A DNA stretch of 64,000 nt from Squalus acanthias. Lineage: Eukaryota. The stretch lies in contig CM059432.1 of NCBI GenBank assembly GCA_030390025.1, positions 84,198,001 through 84,262,000 of the forward strand. Direction: 5' to 3'. Of this stretch, positions 1 to 12,815 are shown in pieces. The position numbers and the translations under genes are program-made. The notes under the pieces were generated by a model. It was not told the DNA's origin. It ran no database searches and saw only the letters and a program-made list of their open reading frames with translations. How positions within the stretch are numbered: position 1 is the first letter of the stretch; the number at the start of each line of letters is the position of its first letter.

Positions 1-1132
1 TGTGTCTTATCCAAAGAAATGACGACATCATGCCTCAGTTGCATTGACCATTATTTAATCACTAATATACAAGCTCTCCATTTAAAACATACCAGTCTGC
101 TGCCTAAACACTCCAATTCCTTACAAACAACAGAATAATTTGTTTAGCTGTGTAAGCAGCAGTGAGACTGCATACAATGAAATAATGCATTCTGTTTTTA
201 AAATGAATAAAAATTGATTATGTCCCAATAAAATCTAAATTGGCAGAGTGTTAATTGAATTCCACATAAACATCTGTAGCAGTCTGTGACTTTTTATTGT
301 GTGGTAATGTAATATAGGACACTCAGGAATAAATGCATCCTCCAGATGATTTCACAGAGAATTTCTAATGCTGCCTGATGAAATTGTAAAAATCTGATTT
401 TAAGGATGTGCTAATGACTCTTAAAACAAAGCAAAAACACTTAAGCACAAGAATAATTTTGCCCTACTGTCCGCTAGATAAATCATATGCAAATTAATGT
501 CACTTGAAAAATATATGCCTTGAAGGTATAGTCATCATTTAGTACAACAAACAAAAATATATTACTAACTGATAAGAGTAGCTGTCATCAATGAAACAAC
601 CATGCAGTAACAACTCTCTCCATGAAGACATTTTGCCTAATCTCTCTCCTCACAGTCTTAGTGGCAATTTTAAATTGATGTCCCCTCATCACTGACAAAA
701 TGATATACCCTATTCACCTTATCAAGTTCCTTCATCATTTTAAAAATATCTCAAATTTCCTCTTAACCTTCTAGTGGAAATAGTCCCAGTTGGGAGGTGG
801 GGGCTTTCCTGGAATCTAACACAGGAGGAGTTTAGGAGGAAGGGGACCAGAATCTGGGAGTATTAGTGGATTGCTGGGTCCTGACAGTATTGGAGTGAGG
901 TGCAGGGTAGAGTAGCCTTGTGGGGAGGCGGTGGGGGGGGGGAACGTGCTGGTAGAATGGGACCCAAATTAGCCATGGCCCCTTTTGGACCATCAAGTGT
1001 TAATTCCCTATCATGGCCTTGTCTGTCAGCCTCCTTCCTTTAACCATTCACAGCCTCTTTTATGTTGTCAAGCTCCTCTTCATTGCCAATTTCCCTGTGG
1101 TCAAATGATTTCTGTCTTTATGTTGCTGCTTT

Positions 1133-1979
1133 AACATAACAGCATACGAATTAGGAGCAGGAGTAGGCCATCCGGCCCCTTGAGCCTGCTCCGCCATTCA
1201 ATAAGATCATGGCTGATCTTCGACTTCAAACCCACTTTCCCACCTGGTCTCCATATCCCTTGATTCCTCTAGAGTCCAAAAATGTATCTATCTCAGCTTT
1301 GATTATACTCAACGATTTAGCATTCACAGCCCTTTGGGGTAGAGATTCCAAAGATTCACAACCATCTGAGTGAAGAATTCCTCCTCACCTCAATCTTAAA
1401 TGGCCAAACCCTTAGACTGAGACTATGCCCCCTAGTTCCAGACTCTCCAGCCAGGGAAAACAACCTCTCAGCAGCAACCCTGTAATCCCCCTCAGAATCT
1501 TATACGTTTCAATGAGATCACCTCTCATTCTTCTAAACTCCAGAGAGTATAGGCCCAATCTACTCAATCTCTCCTCATAGGGCAACCCTCTCAACCCAGG
1601 AATCAAACTAGTGAACCTTTGTTGCATCGCCTCTAAGGCAAGTATATTCTTCCCCAGATAAGGAAACCAAAACTGTGCATAGTACTCCAGGTGTGGTCTC
1701 ACCAAAGCCCTGTACAATTGTAGCAAGACTTCCTTACTCTTGTACTCCAACCCCCTTGCAATAAAGACCAACATGTCATTTGCCTTCCTAATTGCTTGCT
1801 GTACCTGCATGCTAACTCTGTTTCCTGTACGAGGACATCTAAATCTCTCTGAGCACCAACATTTAATAATTTTTCACCATTTTATTCTTCCTACCAAATT
1901 GAATACCCTCAAGTTTCCCCACATTATACTCCATCTGCCACCTTATTGCCAACTCACTTAACCTGTCTATATCCCTTTG
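1133..1979 (-). mobile_element. CR1 LINE, 3' part (RT C-terminus, 3'UTR, short-repeat tail)
   Basis: ORF 1412..1810 has CR1 motifs (LYRALVRPHLEY, LGLYSLEFRRMRGDLIE). The element resumes at ~7311-7329 and 9422-10195 after nested insertions. Confidence 0.9.
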
Positions 1980-3258
1980 ATATAGACCTAACCTGTCTAC
2001 ATCCCTTGTGGTGTTCCACAAGGATCAGTGCTGGGACCAATATTGTTCACAATTTATATTAACGATCTAGACTTTGGAATCAAATATACAATTTCTAAAT
2101 TTGCAGATGACACCAAATTGGGTGGGGGGGGCGGGGGGAATAGCCAATACTGAGGAGGACTGCAACAAATTACAAGACATTAATAAACTTGAAGAATGGG
2201 CATATAATTGGCATGAAATTCAACACAGATAAATGTGAGGTATTACATTTTGGTAAGAAAAATAGGGATGTCACATATTACTTGGAAAATACGAATCTAA
2301 ATGGGGTAGATGAGCAAAGGGATCTCGGAGTACAAATACACAAATCACTGAAAGTAGCGATACAGGTCAATAAGGCCATAAAAAAAGCAAACAAAGCACT
2401 AGGGTTTATTTCTAGAGGGATTGAATTGAAAAGTAGAGAAGTTATACTAAACTTATATTGGACCTTGGTTAGACCACACTTGGAGTACTGCGTACAATTC
2501 TGGTCGCCATATTATAAAAAGGATATAGAGGCACTGGCGAAGGTGCAAAAATGATTTACAAGGATGATACCAGAAATGCGAGGGTATACCTATCAGGAAA
2601 GGATGAACAGGCTGGGTCTCTTTTCTCTTGAAAAGAGAAGGCTGAGGGGTGACCTAAAATTATGTGTCTTTAAAATTATGAAAGGTTTTGATAGAGTAGA
2701 TACAGAGAGGCCGGAATTGTCATGCTGCCGTGTGTACGGGATTGGAGGTGGGTCGGGAGTAAAAGTGGAAATAAATTGGAGCACGTTGGGAACCCGCTGT
2801 CATCCCGCCTCCTCGCGCCTTTAACTCGGGCGCGTTTGCCATCGCGGCAGTGACCCGAACAGCAGTGGCGGGCCACTTAATTTAGATCATTATTACCTTG
2901 TTGTCAGACCCTTAACCGTGATTTTAACCAGACCTTTTGAATTTCACTGCATGACCACAGGAATCATGCAGCTTGGGAACCACGTCTGTCAAGCTGTGGC
3001 GGAAGTTCAGTGGTAATTGATCGAGGTCACTAATGCAGAACATGGAAAAGCACAATAAATACTGCCACCTGACACCTGCTTACTTTCCTAAGGGAAATGC
3101 TCTTGCTGAGTGCATTTTCAGCACAGACTTAGGTGTCTAGAGTTTGCAAGTCTTTTCTGCAAATTCGGAAACCACTCTCACCTCATTGCTACTACCTATC
3201 AAACCATTGACAGATTGCTTCTCTGATCTCTACTTAACCTGCCATCTATTACATCAGC

Positions 3259-4486
3259 ATGGGTGCCATTTATACTGTCTCTCCTTGATCCTCAGAATCA
3301 GACCACGTTGAGCCCCAACACCAGCAGCTGCAGGCACATCAGCAGCAGCAACAACAACACCACCACCAACCTTCTCCTCAATGACCTGATGCTCCACAGG
3401 ACAGAAGGCATAACTCAGGGCTGCACTGTGCCATAGGCAATACCCCCAACACAGGGTATACAGGCAGAGGATGAGCTTCCTCAACATGACTGAGCAGCAG
3501 TGCCAAAGGAGGCTCAGGCTATTGCTTCAGGTCATTGCAGACATTTGCACATTGCTGGAACAAGACCTGCAGCCCAGAGGACCTGGTGGATACGCCTTAC
3601 CAGTGGCTGTCAAAGTTACCAGCGCCCTCAACTTCTTTGCCTCAGGGTCCTTCCAGGGATCTGCAGCAGACATTTGCGGCATCTCGCGATCAGCCACCCA
3701 CAGATGCTTCACACAGGTCACCGATGCCATGTTTGACAAGTCAGCCAATTATATCAACTTTCCCACTGATGACGCCAGTGTTACTGAGCGGGCGCTGGGC
3801 TTTGCGGCTCTGGCTGGCTTCCCACAGGTGCAGGGCATCATCGACTGAGCACATGTGGCCATCAGGGAACCCCATCATCACCCAGGAGTGTTTGTCAACT
3901 GCAAGGGCTTCCGCTCCCTCAATGTGCAGCTCATCTGCAATCATAGGAAGATCATCATGCATGTACGTGTCATGACTCTTTCGTGCTGCGCCAGTCCACC
4001 CTCCCTCAGCTCTTCGCATCACCAAACAGACTTACTGGCTGGCTGCTTAGAGACAAGAGCTATCCACTGAAGACATGGCTCATGACACCCTTGAAGAGGC
4101 CACGTACTGAGGCCAAGGAGCATTATAATAAGAGCCACATGTCCACCAGATGTGTCATAGAGCAAACAATAGGCATGTTGAAAATGCACTTCAGATGCCT
4201 TGACAGATCTGGAGGAGCTCTTCAGTACGCACCAGCCAGGGTCTCCAGAATCGTCATCGTCTGCTGCGCGCTACACAACATAGCACAGCAACGAGGATTA
4301 AAGTTGCATGAGGAACAAGGCGCTGATTGCACAGCCTCTTCAGAGAAGGAGGAGGAGGAGGATGAGCAGCAGCTGCAAGATGAGGAGGAGGAGCAGGAGG
4401 AACCTGAGGTCCAGATGCCGGCAGCACCCAAGCACATTGCTGCCCGGGAGGCCAGGGATGGCCTCATCATGGCCAGATTTACTTAA
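3259..4486 (+). pseudogene. HARBI1-like DDE transposase (stops, frameshifts)
   Basis: Motifs [60 protein letters not shown], and an acidic tail. Confidence 0.92.
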
Positions 4487-4799
4487 CTTCCTGCATTATA
4501 CCCATATGGCTGCCACATGCTGTAACAGGTTCCCACCCAACCCCTTCCACCCCCCCTCCCCCCCACTGCCCACCCTGCCTAACAACACCATAAAGCATCC
4601 CTACAATCACCAAGCCATTCCTTTCATACTGACCCCCATTGCTGTAGGTAACGTTATGTCTGACCATTCACTCCAACTCACTAAGCCACTTCCAAAGTAG
4701 CAGACAAAAATGGGCATGACCGGAAAGTGGTGAAAATAAATAGTTTTATATGTGACATAAGAGTAATGGAACCTTAACAAAAACACTTCTTTAAGCACC

Positions 4800-6710
4800 C
4801 ATGTGTTTACCCTTGTGCATCTACTTCAGTGTCAATTTTTTTTTACGCATGCTTCTACAAGGTGCAACCCCTATGGCTTCAGCAGAGGTAGAGGCAGCCA
4901 GCTCACTTCCCTGCTGCAACTACGAAGACACTTTTGGCGGATGTCCTCTGGGTTTTGGAGCCTCTGATGGCCCCGCCAAAGTCTGCTCCTCCTGCGACTG
5001 TGCAGGGGCAGACTCAGCCATCGCAATGCCAGGAGGCATCTGGGACTCTGGTTGAGGAGGAGGCAATGGGGGAGAAGTGTGAGCGCTTTGAGAGAAGCCC
5101 CCACTTCTATGTCCCCTCTCACCATCGTCCCTCTCATGGGGCACCTGCACTTCCCTGCTGGCAAGGAGCTGGAGAGCACCTTGCTGCACATCAGTGGGGC
5201 CATGATGACCCAAGTCTATGTTGACATCCCTCCTAGAGAGGAGGTCGATGAGCCTCTACCATCTGTTCTCCATAGGTAGCATGTGCTCATGTGAGTGGCG
5301 CACTAGCTGCTCCATGCAGGTGGCCATCCTTTCCATGGAAGAGCCTACAGTCGCCATCGCCTGCGACACGGTGGTGTGCATGTTGGAGATGGACTCCTCC
5401 ATTCTCTGCACATTTGCAGACATCGCGCTCGCAAAACCTGTCAGAGCCCCCTGCACTTCTTCCTGCACCTCCAGGATCGGCCTCTTTCTCGATGGCCCCC
5501 AAGTCTCAGCGTCTGCATGCAGCTGAGCAGAGCTGGGAGCATCCTGTGTCCTCTGGCGAAGAGTCTCCACTGCTGTCCCTGTCTCCACCATCTCCTCATG
5601 CTCACTTATGACTTGTGAGACAGCAGGTGACAACACTACTCTATTTCATGTAGGACCCACCGAGGTGTGCGTATCTGTGCTGGTGCTGGGTGCGCTTAGG
5701 TCTGGTAACGGTGCACCCTCAGGGGCTAGAGGCTCCTCTGAGGAGTCATCTTCCTCTTCTGCCTGGACAGTGGGATGGGGGGGGGGGGCAGTGCTCTTGA
5801 TGGACCTGTGGGAGAGTAAAGAGATGATTTAGAAATGTCATATCAAGAATGGGTAACAATATCATTATGCACATGATGAACATTCACTGGCTGCTGACGC
5901 CATTCCCCATATGAGTGACTGCTGTATGCCATGTGGCTGTATGAGTTATAATTCTGTCACCATGTTGCTGAGATGTGCTCCCCCTCTCCGCATCCCACTG
6001 CTAGCTGCTCTGCAACTCCTGAGACCTCCAGGGCGACCTCCTCTGCTGGAGTCAATGTAGCGAATGATGGAGGGCCACCTCCAGTTCTCTCCCTCTCATT
6101 GTGGGCTCTCTTCTCCTGCAAGGAAGGAAAGAAGAGATGTTTGAGTGAGAGTGATGGCATGAGTGCAAGGAATGTGTGGGTTACATCTTTAGAGGGTGAC
6201 TATGAGGGAGTGTGGTGCCAATGTCAAAGTGCCAATGCAAAGTGGCCTCCTTGTATGTTAGTTCGTATGATTGCATTAGGATGAGGGTGAGTGTGAGGGG
6301 TGGTTAGTTAGATTGGGATGTGAGTATGTAGATAGAGAGAGAGGGATGGGTGGGCATGCAAGGTATGTTGGTGTGAGTAATGATGTGCAGGAGTAGGCTT
6401 GGGAAGGCAAAGCAATGGGGATGTGATGACAGGCATAGCAGGATGAAGTTGAGTGTAGCTTTGCACTCACCTTTCCTGATCTCATGAGATCATTGAAGCG
6501 CTACCAGCACTGCACTCAGGTCCTCCTCACCACATCCCTGCTGTTCACCCCCTCTGCTATCTCCAGCCAGGCTCTTTTGGTCTCTTAGGGAGGTGTCTTG
6601 CACGCATCAGAAGGGAAAAGGACCTCCCTGTGTGCTCTGACACCTTCCACAAGAATATGTAGGGAGTCATCGGAAAAGCTGGGTACAGGCCTCTGTCTCT
6701 GTGCAGCCAT
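4800..6710 (-). pseudogene. Harbinger Myb/SANT-like DNA-binding protein, 3 exons (approx. 6710-6471, 6115-5961, 5805-~4800)
   Basis: MAAQRQRPVPSFSDDSLHILVEGV..REVLFP..AWLEIA..RFNDLMRSGK|GT; AG|EKRAHNERERTGGGPP; canonical GT-AG sites; coiled-coil-like exon 3; in-frame stops in exon 1. Confidence 0.85.
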
Positions 6711-7640
6711 GTGTGCAAGGATGAGCAGTAGGCAGATGCTGCACAGTCCTAGATGAACCTTCAAATGCAATGTGGCCAAGGCTCCTTTAAATATCCCAGC
6801 TGGAAATGAGTCATCGATGACATCATCAGACCCGCACCATTTAATAGCACCAGGAAACGTACAGGCCTGCCTTAATAGGCACCATTAAGGGAAAGTCACT
6901 CTGAGGAGCGGGATGAAAAAAAGAACGGGGTCATCGACCGCCCGCACCCGACCCACCCACGTAAAGAAAATTCCGGCCAGAGTGTTTCCACTTGTGGGGA
7001 AGTGCAAAACTAGAGACCATCAATATAAGATGTCCACCAAGAAATCAAATAACGAATTCAGAAAGAACTTCTTTACCCAGAGTGGTGAGAATGTGGAACT
7101 CGCTACCACAGGGAGTGGTTGAAGCGAATAGTATAGATACATTTAAGCGGAGGCTAGATAAGCATATGAGGGAGAAGGGAATAGAAGGTTATGCTGATAG
7201 AGTTAGGTGAGGAAAGATGGGAGGAGGCTCAAGTGGAGCATAAATGCCAGCATGGACTGGTTGGGCCGAATGGCCTGTTTCTGTGCTGCATATCCTATGT
7301 AATCCTATGCAATCCTTTGCAGGCTCTTTGGCCGGAACTTTCTCCAGGGAGGCGGGTTGGGGGTGGGGGGCCTCCGAGATGGGCTTTATCGGCAGGGCCT
7401 GATTTGCATGCGAGGCCTTGGATTCCCACCCGCAGCCAGCCAGATTGAGAGGCTGGCTGGCTGCGGGCGGGGAGGTCTGCAGATGCGAGGGGTCGGTCCG
7501 GGGGATGGATCGTGTGAGGGGTGGTGTCAGGAATGGGCAGTTTGGGATTGCGGGGGTGGTGTGGTCGGGGGGTCGGCAGTCAGGGATTGTGGTTGGGCGG
7601 GGTCGTGGGGTCGGCAGTGGAGGATCGGGGATCGCAGGAT

Positions 7641-8956
7641 ATCTTTATAAAGCATTGGTTAGGCCACAACTGCAGTATTGTGTCCAGTTCTGGTCACCAC
7701 ACTTTAGGAAGGATGTGAAGGCCCTTGAGAGGGTGCAGAGGAGATTTACCAGAATGGTTCCGGGGATGGGGGATCTTAGCTACGAGGACAGGTTGGAGAA
7801 GCTGGATTTGTTTTCATTAGAGCAAAGGAGGTTGAGGGGTGATTTGATAGAGCTGTACAAGATTATGATGGGTTTGGATAGGCTAGACGGGGAAAGGCTG
7901 TTCCCACTAGTTGATGGTACAAGGGGGACACAGATTTAAGATTTTGGGCAAGAGATACAGGGGGATGTGAGGAAAAACTTTTTTACACAGCGAGTGGCAA
8001 GGACCTGGAACTCGCTGCCGACGGAAATGGTGGAAGCGGACACACTCAATGTTTTCAAGGGGAGACTGGATAGGCACTTGAGGGAAATAAACTTGAAGGG
8101 CTACGGGGATAGAGCGGGGGAATGGGACTGACTCAATTGCTCTGCAGAGAGCCGTCACGGACTTGATGGGCCGAATGGCCTCCTTCTGTGCCGTTATGAC
8201 TCTATGGGGGAAAAATTGGGTCGTGCCCCCTTTGGGGCGCTAACTTCGCTGGGTCGCTACTTTTAGCACCCCGAAAAAGTTAGCGCCCCCGCGCCCGAAA
8301 TTCACCGGTAGTGCCCCAAGAGGGAGGCGGTGTGCTATTGGCAGCGCCCCGCCTCCCTCTTGGGGCGCTGCGAGTGAATATCACAGCGCTACGTCGCGCC
8401 GCGGTACTGCAGGCCTTCCTCCCCTTATTAAAGGGGAGGGGCCTAGCGGAGCGCGACCTGGGGCCCAGCTGGACAACAGGGATCGGAATGCCGGCAAAAG
8501 AGCCCAGCACTCAAGAGAAGTGACGGGCTTACGGCGCGCAGCCAGCTCTCCGCAGGGGGACTTCACAGAAGGCCGGGGACAGCAAAGCGGGCAGGTGCTG
8601 GCAGGCGGCCAGCAACAAAAATGGCCGCCCGGCACCTCCCCTTTAATTTGCGCTGCCCCGGCCACAGGTAGGCCCCCATGACCCTGTCGGACATAGCGTC
8701 CGGCGGTAAGTCAGAGGGCGCTAACAAAGATCGCGGCCGGTGCACTGCGCATGGCAATGACGGCATCTCTGGCGGCGCAGCGCCACGGGGCGCTAACGGT
8801 TACCGCCGCCGCTAACCTCCCGCTGAATTTCGCGGGAGGCATTGGTGGCACCGCGCCCAGGCGCGAGTTGCTTTGCGCCCCGTTAGCGTCCTCTTAGGGC
8901 GCTAACGGGAGGCGCAAATCAACCGAATTTTTAGGCCTATGACTCTATGACTATGA
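7641..8956 (+). mobile_element. CR1 3' fragment (7641-8205) whose (tatgactc)n tail is split by a MITE
   Basis: [24 protein letters not shown]...RLRGDLIE; the tail resumes at 8938. Confidence 0.9.
8206..8937. mobile_element. GC-rich Harbinger MITE (732 bp)
   Basis: Imperfect TIRs GGGGGAAAAATTGG and (rc) GGCCTAAAAATTCG; TSD TAT on both sides; repeated GGCGCTAA motifs. Confidence 0.88.
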
Positions 8957-9421
8957 GGGGGGTCAGCAGTGGAGGATCGGGGATTGCGGAAGGGGGGTCG
9001 ACAGATGGGCGGTCGGCCAGAACATTGGCTGGGGTTTCAGCTGGGGATCGGCGGGGGGTGGGATTGGAGGATTGGCGGGGGGTGGGGTCGGCTGGGGATC
9101 AGGGATCGGGGGGTGTCGGGGATCGGCAGAGGGGGGGAGAGAGCCTCGAAGCCAGACACCAGAGGATTGTGGACGGCCTCAGCATCATCGGTGGGGTGGG
9201 GGGGGAGCCCTCATGGTGGGGATCGGAGGCCTGGGAAGGTGATCGGAGGCCTCGTGAGGGGATCTCCGATCGTTGTGGGTGGGTTACTTAGGGACCCTGG
9301 AGTTAGGTATAAAGCCACTTACTCCTGGATGCAGCAGTCCCTGCCTCGGTTTAACTGCCGGGTTTCATGAATTGCTCCAACACCCCAAACCCACCCGTTT
9401 TCTTAGGGGAAAATTCCGGCC

Positions 9422-10195
9422 AACTGTCCTCCTCACAGCTTACTTTCCTACCTAGCTTTGTATCGTCAGCAAACTTGGTTATATTATACTCGGTCCCTTC
9501 ATCTAAGTCATTAATGTTGATTGTAAACAGCTGAGGTCCAAGCACTGATCTTTGTGGCACTAGTTACACCCTACCAACCGGAAAATGACCTGTTTATCCT
9601 TACTCTCTGTTGTCTGTCCATTAACCAATCCTCTATGCATGCTAATATATTACCCCCAGCCCCATGAGCCCTTATCTTGCATAGCAACCTTTTATGTGGC
9701 ACCTTGTTGAATGCCTTTTAGAAATCCAAATATACTACATCCACTGGTTCCCCTTTATCTACCCTGCTCGTTACATCTTCAAATAACTCTAATAAATTTG
9801 TTAAACACCATTTCCCTTTCATAAAACCATGTTGACTCTGCCTAATCATACTATGATTTTCTAAGTGCCCTGTTCCTTAATAATGGATTCCAGCATTTTC
9901 CCGATGACTGATGTCAGGCTAACTGGCCTGTAGTTTCCTGTTTTCACTCTCCCTCATTTCTTGAATAGCAGGGTTACATTTGCTACCTTCTAATCAGCTG
10001 GGACCGTTCTAGAATCTAGGGAATTTTGGAACATCACAACCAATGCATCCACTATCTCTGCAGCCACCTCTATTAGAACCCTAGGATGTAGGCCATCAGG
10101 TCCAGGGGATTTGTTGGCTTTTAGTCCCATTAGTTTTCTCTACTGATCTTAATTACTTTACGTTCCTTACTCTTTTTAGTTCCTTGGTTCCCCTT
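9422..10195 (-). mobile_element. Continuation of the minus-strand CR1 (RT domain)
   Basis: [28 protein letters not shown]; sequence joins the CR1 that stops at 1979/7329. Confidence 0.88.
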
Positions 10196-10239
10196 TAAAG
10201 GATTTAGGGCACAATTAGTGATTTTGCCAACTTATACAG

Positions 10240-10798
10240 TGGTAGATTTTCCGTCCGTATGATTCTTGGCTGGCTGCCCAATAGTGCTGGCAGTGGAAAA
10301 CATACACCTCAGGGCAGCCCGCCAGTTCTGCACCGCTGCAATATGAGGCAGCCCAGTCGGCCTACAGCCAGCCAGGTGATCGCGGGGGGGATGTATCCAT
10401 TCTCTGGAGGGGGTACCATTGTAGCACAGGCCAGGTTGTCTTTATGGAGCTTGGAGGAGAAATCCTGTTTCTGCTGGCCCCACAACAATAAATTAAACCT
10501 TACCTTCCAGGCTCCTCTGACTGGACCACCAGCTGAAACAATGCAGAATGTGCATGACGCATGCTATGCCTAGGTGAGCCCTAAAATAGCAAATCGGGGT
10601 CCTATGTATGTCAAAAGACCATGATTTGCATGTAAAAAGGACCTACAGTCTGACTCAGGCAAGCGCTCTGGCCACCCAGCATAGGCCATTGGGAATATAG
10701 AGTTGGGCACATTGTCGGTGGGAACAGTGTGGTAAGTGATACCCCACCATTTTTAGTGTGTCGCATTCCCACTTGATGGGAGGCCTCAAAATCTCCCC
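10240..10798. mobile_element. Harbinger-type MITE
   Basis: TGGTAGATTTT...AAAATCTCCCC flanked by CAG on both sides. Confidence 0.65.
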
Positions 10799-10888
10799 CA
10801 GTCTTTGATGAAAATAAATTTTCATAAATAAACAAAAATAACCTCATATAATACTCAAAGGCTCATCGTTTACACAATTTGCAAATAA

Positions 10889-11100
10889 CATTCGCACCAC
10901 ACAAGTGTCAGGCAATAACCATCTCCAACAAGAGAGAATCTACCTTCTCTTGACATTCAATTACTATCATCGGATCATCCACCATGTAGACTGCAGAGGT
11001 TCAAGAAGAAGGCTCACCACCACCTTCTGAAGGGCAACTAAGGATGTGCACTAAATGCCAGCCTTGCTAGCGACGATCCAATCCCGAGAATACATTTTTA
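10889..11100 (+). mobile_element. Internally deleted 3' fragment of the second LINE family
   Basis: Matches 29210-29320 joined directly to the family tail (ggttcaagaag..ctcaccaccaccttct..gggcaacta). Confidence 0.75.
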
Positions 11101-11398
11101 AAAGTCCAAATTTTTAAAATGAAAGTTATTTTAAAATTTCATGTTAGCATGTATTGATTTTTTTTTAAATTTTGTCTGAAACCTCATTTTGGATATTAGA
11201 AATTCCTGTTACTAAAAGAAAAAATGGCAGATTGAAGATTTTTCAAAATGTGTTCTGAATCATTACATAAATTCCTTTTTTTATTGGTTGGTTCTTCTGA
11301 CTGGTTATTCAAGAATGGTTGTTTCCTTAAGTCCTTAGAAATTTTTCTGGCAACTTACCTTGCTTTTGACTTGTATGTTCCTTATCTCTTCAATTCAG

Positions 11399-11628
11399 GT
11401 GAATGTGGAACTCACTACCACAGGGAGTAGTTGAGGCGAATAGTATAGATACACTTAAGGGGAAGCTAGATAAGTATATGAGGGAGAAGGGAATAGAAGG
11501 TTATGCTGATAGAGTTAGATGAGGAAGGATGGGAGGAGGCTCGAGTGGAGCAAAAACGCCAGCATGGACTGGTTGGGCTGAATGGCCTCTTCCTGTGCTG
11601 TGTATTCTATGTAATTCTATGTAATTCT
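11399..11628 (+). mobile_element. CR1 3'UTR fragment
   Basis: Near-identical to 7085-7310; (attctatgta)n tail. Confidence 0.88.
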
Positions 11629-11653
11629 GATTTACTCCTGTTTTACTTGGAAA

Positions 11654-11703
11654 CAATGTTTCCTGTAAGCTGCGCGCGCCAAAATATATTAGAGGGAACA
11701 TTG
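11654..11703. mobile_element. 50-bp hAT-like MITE
   Basis: TIR CAATGTTTCCTGTAA vs (rc) CAATGTTCCCTCTAA (13/15); flanks CTTGGAAA / CTTGGAGC resemble an 8-bp TSD (6/8). Confidence 0.65.
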
Positions 11704-12352
11704 CTTGGAGCCCAATTAATAAACTGTGATGGTGAAATGTTGACACTTATAAATTGTTATGCAAAACTTGTGACACAGGGAACAAGGTTAATTCATACAG
11801 GAAGTGTACAATATAGTCTACTGGTGTCATTTCACATAGTAAATCAGAGAATATGCTCACTTTCTTACTTGTCTATTGTCTTTCTGTTATTGTTTCTCTC
11901 TCTGTCTTTTTCTTTTCTTTTCGTTTGGAGGTGTTTCAGCATGGTGTGACAGGGAAAGGAGCCACATGGCTGAAGGCTGCATTTGGGGGAGGGACCCTTA
12001 TGCTCCTTAGCAGATCCCTTTCCAACCCTTTCCCTAATCATTATGCTTCCCCCATCCCTTATCACTTATCATGTTCCCTATCCCTTCAGCCTCCCACTAC
12101 CCTTCCCCTTCCTTCCACCCCCTGAATCCAATCTCTACCCCTAACTCTTACACTTTGAACTACATGCTCAACCCCTGAATCAACCCTCCCCCTCAATGTC
12201 ACCAATTTCACCCTTAACCCTCAGTCCACTCTCCTCTGCTGTCCCCCCCCCCCCCCCACACCCCCTCATTCCCCCTCCTATCTGTTTCCTTCAAGGAAGC
12301 TTTGTTTGCTTTAAAAGTTCAACTTACTTGTTTTATTTTCAAAGAAACCAAA

Positions 12353-12815
12353 GGGGGAAAAATTTGTGTACACCAAGAGAATTGTCGGTGTCACTGGCAA
12401 CTCAAATTAATGGCCACTGAAAATGGCTGCAGTGCTACAGTTGAAAAATTCACATTGGGGGTTGGTGATGTTTGGCACAGCGCTAACTTACCATGCAACG
12501 CCCTTCTGGTGATGTTAATGGAGGCCTCCGACCCGAAGTTCCTGTCCATAGATGGCGATGCAGCTTCTTACAGCCTGTGGGAGCGAGGTTGTGGAGTTTG
12601 TAAGAAATTATGGGCAATTAAAAGGGCTATGAATTAAAGCGGCAATGCATTCAGAACTAATAAAAATTACAATGCAGTGAAAAAATGCAGTTTTCATCCC
12701 TTGCAGCCTTTCAATAAAAAGATTACCATTAAAAAGAAGTCCCAAATGGGATTCTTCAGCACTTAAAGCTGAATTCTCTTCTGAACTTCAAAAAATGGGA
12801 GAAGTGCTTCAGCAA
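12353..12815 (+). mobile_element. Left part of a non-autonomous Harbinger derivative; its right part lies inverted at ~42592-44096
   Basis: Starts GGGGGAAAAATTTG; collinear with 39194-39651 up to GCTTCAGCA, where a Gypsy LTR interrupts it. Confidence 0.85.

Larger units (their letters stand above)
2709..6978 (+). mobile_element. Full-length decayed PIF/Harbinger DNA transposon (Harbinger-1, 4270 bp)
   Basis: TIRs GGCCGGAATT (2709) and AATTCCGGCC (to 6978); 3-bp TSD AGA (2706-2708 / 6979-6981); removing it restores the CR1; contains convergent transposase and Myb genes. Confidence 0.95.
2007..7310 (+). mobile_element. 5'-truncated CR1 LINE inserted in the minus-strand CR1 and itself split by a Harbinger at 2709-6978
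   Basis: Begins at [10 protein letters not shown], continues KFADDTK and ORFs 2189..2554 and 2564.., resumes at 6979 (FPLVG..RNFF), ends in a (atcctatgta)-type tail near 7310. Confidence 0.9.
7330..9421. mobile_element. Non-autonomous Harbinger (G-rich MITE) carrying a nested CR1 and a nested MITE
   Basis: Ends GGCCGGAACTTT and AAATTCCGGCC, matching the Harbinger-1 TIR; interrupts the minus-strand CR1; no clean TSD. Confidence 0.8.

Noticed and set aside
8206..8937. CpG island or host promoter (also 45527-46420 and 56577-57309)
   Set aside because: The GC/CpG richness coincides exactly with TIR- and TSD-bounded MITEs.
12000..12290. C-rich tract with telomere-like CCCTAA words
   Set aside because: Isolated hexamers in low-complexity sequence; no tandem array.
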